A stretch of 64,000 bases of DNA from Erysipelotrichaceae bacterium (GTDB lineage: Bacteria; Bacillota_I; Bacilli_A; Erysipelotrichales; Erysipelotrichaceae): NCBI GenBank assembly GCA_017512285.1, contig JAFWGU010000011.1, positions 4,828 to 68,827 of the forward strand, read 5' to 3'. A program made the position numbers and the translations under genes. The notes under the pieces are model-generated. The model saw only the letters and a program-made list of their open reading frames with translations, was not told the DNA's origin and ran no database searches. This document shows, piece after piece, positions 9,370 to 17,594 of the stretch (positions are counted from its first letter, which is position 1; every line of letters begins with the position of its first letter).

Positions 9370-10785
9370 TTACAGCTCCTCTCCATTGGTTTCAATGACT
9401 CTCTTATACCAGTAGAAACTCTTCTTCTTTCTTCTGGCCATGTCCTTGAGATCATGTTCATCACGGTTGACATAAACAAAACCATATCTCTTGGAGAATC
9501 CGGAGTGACCGGAAATCAGGTCAATGAATGACCAGCAGCAGAAACCGATGAAATCAACACCAAGATTCATGGCTTCCTTGACAGCTCTAATGTGTCTGCT
9601 CAGATAATCGATTCTGTCATCGTCTTCCAGAATGCCTTCTTCCGGCCATACTTCCTTATTGCCGAAACCACATTCCGTTATCAGTAATGGTAATCTATAT
9701 CTATCATACAGTAAGCGGGCAGAACACTGCAATCCTGTATCGTCGATTTCCCAGCCCCATAAGGTTGCCTTGAGGTTTTCGTTCTTGACGACCTTGTAAA
9801 TGCCGGCTTCCTTGCTTGGAAGAAGCTTGAATTCAATGTCGCCGATTTCGTGTTCATCATCCAGCGGGTTGGCGCTGATTGATTCAGAGTAGTAGTAATT
9901 GAACGCCAGGAAGTCCGGTCTGTTTTCCTTCATGGCTTCCATGTCTCCCGGATAGATCTCAGGCATCATGTTTCTGTCTTCAAGATATCTTCTGAATGTT
10001 CCGTTGTATTCGCCTCTGCAGTTGAGGTCCAGCAGATAATAGTTTCTGATTTCCATGGCATCCATCGTTGCCAGCATGTCAGCCGGATTATTGGTTGTCG
10101 GATACATCATTTCGAAACATGTAGCAGGTCCGATCTTACCGCCTTCAACGATTTCATGACATTTCTTTATGGCAAGAGCTGCGGCAACGCACATGTTGTG
10201 GTTGGCTAGAAAACCCAGCTTTTCCTTTTCCTTGCGGTTGTCGTCAGTCAGACCGAGTCTGAACGGCATGTGGACTACATGGTCCTGCTCATTAATGGTT
10301 AGCCAGTACTTAACTCTGTCGCCATAGGTTCTGAACAGGAATTCAGCATAGTTGACATAGTCCTCAATGCTTCTTCTGTTGATCCATCCGCCGTACTGAT
10401 CTACCAGTCCCTGAGGATACTCAAAGTGATAGATCGTAACGATCGGTACGATGTCATTTCTTATCAGCTCATTGATGAGGTCGTTGTAGAAATCAACGCC
10501 CTTCTGGTTTACTTCACCATTGCCCTTTGGAAAGATCCTTGTCCAGGCAATTGAAAAACGATAAGCCTTGAGTCCGCATTCCTTCATCAGGGCAATGTCT
10601 TCCTTATAGCGGTGATAGTGGTCACTCGCAACGGAATAGTCACATATTTCAGGCTTTACCTTTCTGACATCCATTACGGATAAGCCCTTGCCGTCCTCAT
10701 AGGCAGCTCCTTCAATCTGGAAAGCTGCTGAAGAGGCACCCCACAGGAAATCCTTTGGAAAATCATTTACTTTTCTAGTCTGCAT
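9370..10785 (-). CDS. Glycoside hydrolase family 1, 6-phospho-beta-glucosidase type
   Basis: N-terminal FLWGASSAAFQIEGA, acid/base TINEQ, nucleophile region LLITECGFG (Cys in place of the usual Asn). PTS operon context. Confidence 0.9.
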   Translation of the reverse strand: MQTRKVNDFPKDFLWGASSAAFQIEGAAYEDGKGLSVMDVRKVKPEICDYSVASDHYHRYKEDIALMKECGLKAYRFSIAWTRIFPKGNGEVNQKGVDFYNDLINELIRNDIVPIVTIYHFEYPQGLVDQYGGWINRRSIEDYVNYAEFLFRTYGDRVKYWLTINEQDHVVHMPFRLGLTDDNRKEKEKLGFLANHNMCVAAALAIKKCHEIVEGGKIGPATCFEMMYPTTNNPADMLATMDAMEIRNYYLLDLNCRGEYNGTFRRYLEDRNMMPEIYPGDMEAMKENRPDFLAFNYYYSESISANPLDDEHEIGDIEFKLLPSKEAGIYKVVKNENLKATLWGWEIDDTGLQCSARLLYDRYRLPLLITECGFGNKEVWPEEGILEDDDRIDYLSRHIRAVKEAMNLGVDFIGFCCWSFIDLISGHSGFSKRYGFVYVNRDEHDLKDMARRKKKSFYWYKRVIETNGEEL

Positions 10786-10831
10786 AAGTTAATCCTTTCT
10801 AAGGCAGAAAGAGGACATAAGTCCCCTTTTC

Positions 10832-12178
10832 CTACTCGTCTTCCTTAAATCCGATGATCCAGGTAGCTACGAAACCTAATACTGTTGCGATGATGGCAGC
10901 TGCGACAGCCAGATAGAAGTTCTTCATGCTTTCACCGCCCATGAAGATAGGCAGAGTGAGGAATGAGCATGATGCTGTAGCGTATGCACGTACGTCAAAG
11001 ACACCAATGAACAGACCGGTGATGGCTGCACCAATGAGGGCACCGATGAGAGGTCTCTTCAAACGGATCAGAACACCATATAAGGCTGGTTCTGTTACTG
11101 ACAGTAATGCAGTGACACCTGTTGAGAGGCCTGCACTCTTGTTTTCAGCCTTCTTGGCCTTTACACCAACGGCTAATGCTGCACCGGCGATTGCCAGGTT
11201 GCCTGCCAGAGCCTTTGAGAATAACAGAGATGAACCGTATGTGGTGATCTCGTTAACGATGAGAGGTGTAATGACTGTATGCATGCCTACCATTACCAGT
11301 AATGGATGTAATGCACTTAAGATTACCATTGAGATACCGCCGAAGCTTGTGATCCATACACAGAAGTTAGCTAAGGCACTGCCGATCCATGTTCCGATAG
11401 GACCTAAGAGCAGTAATGTTAACGGGAACATGACTACTGACAGGATCGTTGGACGGATGATTGATACGATTGACTTTGGTGAATACTTGACAATGTATCT
11501 GTCAATGAAGGCCATTACTGGAACCATCAATAATGCCGGAACGATGTTTGAAGTATACTTCACTGTTGTGATTGGAAGACCGAAGATCTTCAGATCAGCA
11601 ACACCGGAAATGGCGCCTGTACATAATGCCAGCATGATGAAAGCTGCAACGTATTCATTTGTCTTTAATCTTCTGGCTGCTGCGAAGGCAACTAATACCG
11701 GTAAGTATGTGTAAGCTGCGTTAGCCAGAGTATTGAATAACTGATAAGTTGTTCCGGCTGTGTCAACCTTTAATAAGTTTGCACATAATGCCAGAATGGC
11801 AGAAATCATACCAGAACCGATGAGGACTGGTAATGCAGGAGTTACAGAACCTGAAATGTAAGACAGGATCCTGTTCCAGATGCTTTCCTTTTCTTCATCA
11901 AGATTTTCCTGAACCTTTGCCTGTGCTTCAGCGTTCGGTACCAGTGGTGTCAGTTCGTTGTAGAGCTGTTCTACATCCGGTCCGATGACGATCTGATACT
12001 GACCGCCCTTGTAAACGACGCCCTGAATGCCAGGAAGCTTCTTCAGCGCTTCTTCGTTAGCCTTTGACTTGTCCTTTAATCCCAGACGCAGACGAGTCAT
12101 GCAATGTGTGTGTGCTTCAATGTTTTCCTTGCCGCCTACCAGTTCAACAATCTGAGCAGCTGTTTTCTTGTAATCCAT
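10832..12178 (-). CDS. PTS beta-glucoside-type EIIBC component
   Basis: EIIB phospho-Cys motif HCMTRLRL at the N-terminus, followed by a polytopic EIIC domain. Confidence 0.9.
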   Translation of the reverse strand: MDYKKTAAQIVELVGGKENIEAHTHCMTRLRLGLKDKSKANEEALKKLPGIQGVVYKGGQYQIVIGPDVEQLYNELTPLVPNAEAQAKVQENLDEEKESIWNRILSYISGSVTPALPVLIGSGMISAILALCANLLKVDTAGTTYQLFNTLANAAYTYLPVLVAFAAARRLKTNEYVAAFIMLALCTGAISGVADLKIFGLPITTVKYTSNIVPALLMVPVMAFIDRYIVKYSPKSIVSIIRPTILSVVMFPLTLLLLGPIGTWIGSALANFCVWITSFGGISMVILSALHPLLVMVGMHTVITPLIVNEITTYGSSLLFSKALAGNLAIAGAALAVGVKAKKAENKSAGLSTGVTALLSVTEPALYGVLIRLKRPLIGALIGAAITGLFIGVFDVRAYATASCSFLTLPIFMGGESMKNFYLAVAAAIIATVLGFVATWIIGFKEDE

Positions 12179-12204
12179 ATGTTCTCCTTTCTTTTTTCAA
12201 CCGG

Positions 12205-13029
12205 TTATCTGAATAACCTGGCTATATGGATCGTAAGGTAGGTTAATTCATTCTTGTCTACCTTATACTTATATTTTTCCTCAATCTTACGGCCAATTTC
12301 CTGTGCGCACTTGTACTCATTGGCGTATTTGAGGTTAATATACTTGTTTATCTCAATGTCTTCCTCTTCCAGTTCAGCATCACTGATCATTCTCTTGGCA
12401 AAGAACTGAAGATGGGTAATGAAACGGATGTAGTTGACATCTTCCTTAAGTTCAACATTGAAGTATTCTTCAACGGTTCTTACGCTGATGTCTATGATGT
12501 CGGTTGCCCTGTAGGTATCCTTGATGTCAATGTCAAGGACCGCATTGACGATGTGCAGTGTTATCAGTGCTGCTTCCTTAACGTCAATGTCAACGTTGAA
12601 GTCGCTGTTCAGCATGTCCAGAACATCAACAGCGATATGATATTCATCAGGATACAGATAACGGATGTTCCAGTAGAGTTCATTTTCAAACTTGGTGTTA
12701 TTGTGATATCTTTCCAGAGTTGTATAGATGTGGTCAGTCAGCGGGACCATTATCCTTCTGCTTATCGGCTTCGTGCTGCAGGCAATGATGTAATCAGTAG
12801 CCTTGATGCCGAAGGCAACTACATCGTAAGGTATCTCATCCAGCAGTTTGGAAAACTCTTCCTTCTTCAGTTCATCAGACATGACGAAGACCTTCTCAAC
12901 CGCTGATTCATCTATGTCCATTCCCTTTTTACCGTTAAAGCCTATTCCCTTGCCAAAGACGACAATCTCCTTACCGGATTCATTTTCAGAAATGACAGTA
13001 TTATTGTTGATAATCTGTTTGATTTTCAT
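12205..13029 (-). CDS. licT: BglG/LicT/SacY-family PRD-containing transcription antiterminator
   Basis: N-terminal CAT RNA-binding domain (MKIKQIINNNTVISENESGKEIVVFGKGIGF) plus two PRD-like regions. Lies upstream of the PTS/GH1 genes. Confidence 0.9.
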   Translation of the reverse strand: MKIKQIINNNTVISENESGKEIVVFGKGIGFNGKKGMDIDESAVEKVFVMSDELKKEEFSKLLDEIPYDVVAFGIKATDYIIACSTKPISRRIMVPLTDHIYTTLERYHNNTKFENELYWNIRYLYPDEYHIAVDVLDMLNSDFNVDIDVKEAALITLHIVNAVLDIDIKDTYRATDIIDISVRTVEEYFNVELKEDVNYIRFITHLQFFAKRMISDAELEEEDIEINKYINLKYANEYKCAQEIGRKIEEKYKYKVDKNELTYLTIHIARLFR

Positions 13030-13048
13030 GCTTACAGTCCCCTTTCTG

Positions 13049-13096
13049 GAAAATAAAAACCTGCCAAAAAAGATTCATTAACCTTCTTCGACAGGT
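13049..13096 (-). terminator. Leader terminator upstream of licT (target of antitermination)
   Basis: Minus-strand RNA ACCUGUCGAAGAAG..loop..CUUUUUUGGCAGGU (14 bp including G-U pairs), followed by UUUUUAUUUU. Confidence 0.7.
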
Positions 13097-13118
13097 ATTG
13101 CTCTTTCGATAACAAGCC
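13090..13118 (-). promoter_or_regulatory. RAT-like (ribonucleic antiterminator) element overlapping the 5' arm of the leader terminator
   Basis: Minus-strand GGCUUGUUAUCGAAAGAGCAAUACCUGUC resembles the Bacillus RAT core GGAUUGUUACUG..AGCAGGCAAAACC. It overlaps the terminator stem by 7 nt. Confidence 0.6.
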
Positions 13119-13130
13119 TCATCTACGCAG

Positions 13131-13159
13131 ATTATTACATAAGTTTCAGTTAATTTCAA
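13131..13159 (-). promoter_or_regulatory. Putative sigma-A-type promoter of the licT operon
   Basis: Minus strand: TTGAAA (13154-13159), 17-nt spacer, AATAAT (13131-13136). The RAT begins about 12 nt downstream. Confidence 0.5.
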
Positions 13160-13254
13160 TATGCTTTAGCTTTTTTTATGTATATATTTATCTGGTTTAT
13201 ATGCTTTAATACAACCACATCTATATTCCATGGCTAAGTAATCTTAGTTATTAT

Positions 13255-13482
13255 TTATTCGCTGATTTCTTTCAGTTTTTCTTCAATAAGTTTACAGATT
13301 TCCATCAGATACAGATTGTTCACCATATACACCGTCTCTCTTGACGGTAACATGAACTCCTCTTCATCCGGATGATCCTCGTAATAAATCATGTCTTCCA
13401 TGAGTTCTCTTCTTACTTTGTATAATTCCTCCAAAGACAGATTAATGTTCTGTTTTCTGAATGTTTCAGGGCTTATCATCAT
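13255..13482 (-). CDS. Hypothetical 75-aa acidic helical protein
   Basis: ORF track. Starts 4 nt after the stop of the upstream ORF. I recognise no family. Confidence 0.6.
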   Translation of the reverse strand: MMISPETFRKQNINLSLEELYKVRRELMEDMIYYEDHPDEEEFMLPSRETVYMVNNLYLMEICKLIEEKLKEISE

Positions 13483-13486
13483 GTTA

Positions 13487-14026
13487 TTATTTCTTCTTTC
13501 CTTTTTCCGTTTTTCTCAACAGCTTTATGATCGTTTCAAATATGTCATCTGACATGTTGTCAGCTGTTACATGTTCATACTTTCCATGAATGTACCTGTT
13601 TCTTAAGTACATTCCATATTCAAGATGATGCTCCGTATAATCAGGATGCTTCAGATAAAACTCCTTATCTTCATTACTCATCTTTCTGACTTCCTTTTTG
13701 GCTATGTCCATGACTGCTTTTGCGTAGTCCTCATCTGATAATAGTTCACGCTTATTTGTCTTCTTAACTTGTTTGTTCTGGTCTGCTATCTTCCTGGCTG
13801 TTTCCCTGTCCATTGTCATAAATGGATCATCATATTTATTGCCTCGTTTTCTGATAATCACAAAAGGTATGTTATATGGCAATCCAACAACCATTCCATG
13901 ATACTGTGAACTGTCAAGCTTGAAGCCATACAGTTTTGTCAGTTTTCTTACTTCATCATCAATGTCCATCCATTCCAAAGAATCAACATTCTTTATCATT
14001 TCTTCACCGTGGCTTTCCTTAACCAT
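13487..14026 (-). CDS. Hypothetical protein (179 aa; alternative coupled start at 13999 gives 170 aa)
   Basis: ORF track. The C-terminal HHLEYGMYLRNRYIHG..DDIFETIIKLL helical region has no assignable function. ATG 13999 overlaps the TGA of an upstream 33-aa ORF. Confidence 0.65.
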   Translation of the reverse strand: MVKESHGEEMIKNVDSLEWMDIDDEVRKLTKLYGFKLDSSQYHGMVVGLPYNIPFVIIRKRGNKYDDPFMTMDRETARKIADQNKQVKKTNKRELLSDEDYAKAVMDIAKKEVRKMSNEDKEFYLKHPDYTEHHLEYGMYLRNRYIHGKYEHVTADNMSDDIFETIIKLLRKTEKGKKK

Positions 14027-14097
14027 CTCATATGTCGAGGTCTCTTCTCCGACATGGCGATCAGGTATTTTATTATCACGTTCTCATTAAGTTTCAT
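13996..14097 (-). CDS. Candidate unannotated 33-aa basic micro-ORF (MKLNENVIIKYLIAMSEKRPRHMRWLRKATVKK)
   Basis: Hand translation of the minus strand. AGGAG lies 6 nt upstream of ATG 14097. The stop TGA overlaps ATG 13999 (ATGA). Confidence 0.3.
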   Translation of the reverse strand: MKLNENVIIKYLIAMSEKRPRHMRWLRKATVKK

Positions 14098-14168
14098 GTC
14101 CATCTCCTATTTTCTGATCATATTATCTGCCTTCAGTGAATGTCTCTGGTCGCCCAGCACGCGACATT

Positions 14169-14468
14169 TTACTTTATTATTCTGGCAATCACCTCATCGT
14201 CAAGAACGAACATTACCTTGCATCTGATCGTTTCATCAAACCTGTCATAGAGTCTGCCTGCTGAATATGTGCCCCTGGCAACGGTCGTTACGGAGTTAGC
14301 CACATATCCGCATTTTGCATTATGTCTGCCATATGCCAGGATGGCTTCATCATCATAAAGATTCTCATGTTCCTTTCTTAATGTTAATATGTCTCCGATC
14401 CTGAAGATTGCCGGTCCCCCATAGGCGTTTATGTGTGTTATCGTTATGTATAAATCGTTGTTATTCAT
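14169..14468 (-). CDS. HIRAN-like domain protein (99 aa)
   Basis: ORF track 14169..14516. Start moved to ATG 14468 (GGAGAG RBS). The core LTLRKEHENLYDDEAILAY..KCGYVA resembles the HIRAN pattern L.RE.DNPYD.NAI.V...G.vGYv. Confidence 0.55.
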   Translation of the reverse strand: MNNNDLYITITHINAYGGPAIFRIGDILTLRKEHENLYDDEAILAYGRHNAKCGYVANSVTTVARGTYSAGRLYDRFDETIRCKVMFVLDDEVIARIIK

Positions 14469-14514
14469 GATGTTCTCTCCTTTTACTGTCTGTATTATCC
14501 CATCTCTCCTATAC

Positions 14515-14544
14515 AAAAAAAGCGCCTGAGAATCTCTCAGACAC
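14515..14544 (-). terminator. Rho-independent terminator of the MFS gene
   Basis: Minus-strand GUGUCUGAGA-GAU-UCUCAGGCGC (10 bp including two G-U pairs), followed by UUUUUUU. Confidence 0.8.
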
Positions 14545-14565
14545 CTCTTTTAATATATACATTTA

Positions 14566-15957
14566 TTATTCTATCGTTCTGTAATCTATTCCCTTCGTCT
14601 CTCTGACGTTCTTACTGAACAGGAAGATGGAAATGGATACGCACGGTACGATGAATACCAGACACGTCAGCCATATTGGCATGAACAGCATGCCCACATT
14701 GACGAAGGCAAAGCCCAGAGCCATACCGATGTATACCAACAGTCCTTCTGCCCCGACGATCGATGCTCTTATGTCAGTCGGCACCATTTCCGTTGATACG
14801 ATCTCCATGTAGTCTCTGCCAATCCAGTAGCCTCCCAGATATAAGCCATACATCAGGCCAACCAGCCGTGGATTCCACAGACTTCTGGCTGAAAGAACAA
14901 ACAAGGCAAAGGTAATGAAACAGATAGTTCCGAATAATACAATCGTCTTCTTACGGCCCCACCTGTCTGCCAGCACACCTGATATCATTACGGATACGCA
15001 GTAGATTACCGGATAGAAGTACAGGGCTATGGTCTTGTTCTCCGGGGTCATGCCGGCCTCGGTCATTATTGGCTCATAGTTGGTTATGGCAATGATGGCC
15101 GCATCGAATATGGTCTTGATTATGATCAGGTCTCTCAAGTCCTTATGAGAGAAGATGAACTTGATTGCGTTGATTATGCCGGCCTTATTGCTGTCGGCCT
15201 TCTTCTGTTCCTTAAGTTCTCTTTTCTGCCTCTCCCTTTCTTCATGAGGTATGCTCAGATAATCAATTCTTCCCTTGACAAAGGTCTCGGTTTCCTGGGC
15301 AAACAGGAATACCAGCACGCAGATGATCAGACCGGCAATGCCAGGTAACAGGAAGATGTTACGCCACAAGGTCTCATCATTATGCAGTAAGATGTTTCTC
15401 ATTAACGGCAGTAAGATCGTGCTCAAGCCGCCAAGTCCCTTGATGAAACTGTATACCGTAGCGCGATACTTGGCCGGGGCCTCCTCAAGCAGATAGATGA
15501 TCTGTATGTCATGACTCAGGAAGAACGTCATTATGAAGTTGCCCAGCAGGAATACGAAGTAGCTCTTTGAAAAGTAAACTATCAGTAATCCCAGTGTCAT
15601 ACCCAGTGTTGAGATGACAAACAATGGCTTTCTGCCGTATCTGTCAGCCTGAGCCTTGTAGAAAGGCGTCAGTAATCCAATGACGTAGCCAATGAGATTG
15701 ATCGTATTATGCAGTGCAAGTCCGGTGTTAAGATCATAGTCATTGCCAAACAGGTGTCCTTCAATGAAGAACTCCCGGATGAAGGCTGATGTTACCGAAC
15801 CCGTCGCATTGGTGGTAATGTTATCAATTATGTCTACCAGCAGTATTAATACGATTAGCACGGCAAAGTAATATCTGCCCTTGCTCCTGCTTTTCATCTT
15901 CTGAAGTCTTGAAAGCTCCTGCTGTTCAAGCAGCACGTTATCCTTATTATCTTTCAT
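14566..15957 (-). CDS. MFS transporter
   Basis: ORF track 14566..16032. Start moved to ATG 15957 (GAGGAA RBS). About 12 TM segments. The longer ORF would overlap the divergent gene. Confidence 0.85.
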   Translation of the reverse strand: MKDNKDNVLLEQQELSRLQKMKSRSKGRYYFAVLIVLILLVDIIDNITTNATGSVTSAFIREFFIEGHLFGNDYDLNTGLALHNTINLIGYVIGLLTPFYKAQADRYGRKPLFVISTLGMTLGLLIVYFSKSYFVFLLGNFIMTFFLSHDIQIIYLLEEAPAKYRATVYSFIKGLGGLSTILLPLMRNILLHNDETLWRNIFLLPGIAGLIICVLVFLFAQETETFVKGRIDYLSIPHEERERQKRELKEQKKADSNKAGIINAIKFIFSHKDLRDLIIIKTIFDAAIIAITNYEPIMTEAGMTPENKTIALYFYPVIYCVSVMISGVLADRWGRKKTIVLFGTICFITFALFVLSARSLWNPRLVGLMYGLYLGGYWIGRDYMEIVSTEMVPTDIRASIVGAEGLLVYIGMALGFAFVNVGMLFMPIWLTCLVFIVPCVSISIFLFSKNVRETKGIDYRTIE

Positions 15958-16003
15958 AATCAATTCCTCACTGATATTATATAATAGTTTTGAGGAACGG
16001 ATT

Positions 16004-17512
16004 ATGCGAATAATAATTATCGGTGCCGGCATTTCGTCTCTTACCCTGGCTACTCACCTTGTAAAAGACGGGCATGAAGTCATCATCATTGATAAGAATA
16101 CAAGACCCGGTGGCGTAATGGCCCTGTACCAGGAAAACGGCTACAGCTTTGAACAGGGTCCCTTACTGATTGGTGACATGAATCCCGGTGAAGCCATGTA
16201 TGAACTTCTGAAGTCCATCGGCGTTACCCTTCCTACGGAAAGGTGTGACCGCGGTCTGGTCCTGAAGGACTATGCCTTCATAAGACCTGACAGATTCCAG
16301 GGCAAGAACTGGAGGAAGGATCTGGCAAAGAAATACTTCCCGGAAGATGCCGAAGGCATTGATGAGTATTACCGTTTCTATGAAGCTCTGATGAAGATAC
16401 GCTATCTGTCACTGCAGAAGCCGTCACTCATCAACAGGATCAGGACAGCGCTCACGTTCCTGTCCATTAAGAAATATCAGAACATGACCTGTCAGCAGTT
16501 CACGGAGAAACTGTTCTCAAACCCTGACTTAAGAACCGTATATACGGGCATACTGGCTGACTTCTGTGTTGACCCAAGTGAGATCAACTGCTTCAGCATC
16601 CCCTTTACCAATGCCGAAACAGCCTTTGATGACCGCATTGACATATATGACAGAAAAGGCAATCAGTATTACCCGGCCTTCAACTATGTCATTGGCGGTG
16701 TTCAGAAGATACCTGAAGCCCTTGGCGATTACATTGAGAAAAACGGCGGCAGCTTCATGTACGGCCGTACCGTAACAAAGATTAATGTAGAAAATGGTAG
16801 AGCAACGTCCGTTAACCTTGAAAACGGTGAACAGTTCAAGGCTGACATCATCGTATCAGCCGGTGGTGCCCATGAAGTATTTTATAAACTGATAGGCAAA
16901 GAACATCTTACCGATGAATACATCAGGATACTGGAGAACTTCCGGAAGATGGAAGCCGTCTTCATGCTGCATCTTGGCGTGGACTATGACCCGTTACAGT
17001 ATCAGAAACAGCCATTGGTCTATTACTATGGAACATCTGATCTCAAGGGCGCTACCTACAGATTAAGAAACGGAATATATCATGACGGGCAGGACGGTTT
17101 CCTGATTTTCTGCGACAGTTACCATGCCAGAGAGTTTGCCCCTGAAGGCAGGCATTGTCTGACGATCTATACGGTGGCTCCAAACAGACTCAATGAAGGC
17201 AGCTGGGAAGAAAACAAGGAGATATATGCCGATCATCTCATCAGTCTGGCTGAAAAGTACCTTCCTGATTTACATAAACACATTACCTTTAAGAAAATAA
17301 TTACGGCTGATTACTATAAGGAATATACCAATACTGACTTCTTCTCCTTCGGCGGTCTGGTGCCTGTTGACGGACAGGTCAATCCGCCTCATAGGACCCC
17401 TGTTGAAAACTTCTACTTCCTTGGCAGCCAGTCCGAGAGCAATGGCGGCATTACCCCAACCTCTGCCGGTGGCCATAAGGTATATCAGCTCATCAAGGAA
17501 TCAATGAAATGA
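16004..17512 (+). CDS. NAD(P)/FAD-dependent oxidoreductase, phytoene-desaturase (CrtI)-like family
   Basis: N-terminal dinucleotide fold MRIIIIGAGISSLTLA..IIIDKNTRPGG. Size and C-terminal GG motif region are typical of the CrtI/amine-oxidase superfamily. Confidence 0.8.
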   Translation: MRIIIIGAGISSLTLATHLVKDGHEVIIIDKNTRPGGVMALYQENGYSFEQGPLLIGDMNPGEAMYELLKSIGVTLPTERCDRGLVLKDYAFIRPDRFQGKNWRKDLAKKYFPEDAEGIDEYYRFYEALMKIRYLSLQKPSLINRIRTALTFLSIKKYQNMTCQQFTEKLFSNPDLRTVYTGILADFCVDPSEINCFSIPFTNAETAFDDRIDIYDRKGNQYYPAFNYVIGGVQKIPEALGDYIEKNGGSFMYGRTVTKINVENGRATSVNLENGEQFKADIIVSAGGAHEVFYKLIGKEHLTDEYIRILENFRKMEAVFMLHLGVDYDPLQYQKQPLVYYYGTSDLKGATYRLRNGIYHDGQDGFLIFCDSYHAREFAPEGRHCLTIYTVAPNRLNEGSWEENKEIYADHLISLAEKYLPDLHKHITFKKIITADYYKEYTNTDFFSFGGLVPVDGQVNPPHRTPVENFYFLGSQSESNGGITPTSAGGHKVYQLIKESMK

Positions 17513-17513
17513 A

Positions 17514-17541
17514 CGGACCATCACAGGATGGTCTGTTTTTT
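17514..17541 (+). terminator. Rho-independent terminator
   Basis: CGGACCATC-ACAG-GATGGTCTG stem followed by TTTTTT. Confidence 0.85.
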
Positions 17542-17594
17542 GCCTGTACAAAAAAAGCGACACAGATGTATAATTTGTCTGGAGGTACATTACC

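Noticed and set aside
10926-11714. Long antisense ORFs inside real genes: 262 aa here, and likewise 25575..26351 (258 aa), 39993..40799 (268 aa), 2667..3263, 2109..2606 and 32933..33454.
   Set aside because: Each lies fully inside a gene with unmistakable family motifs on the other strand. They have low-complexity Ala/Pro/Ser/Thr-rich composition and no RBS. They are shadow ORFs.
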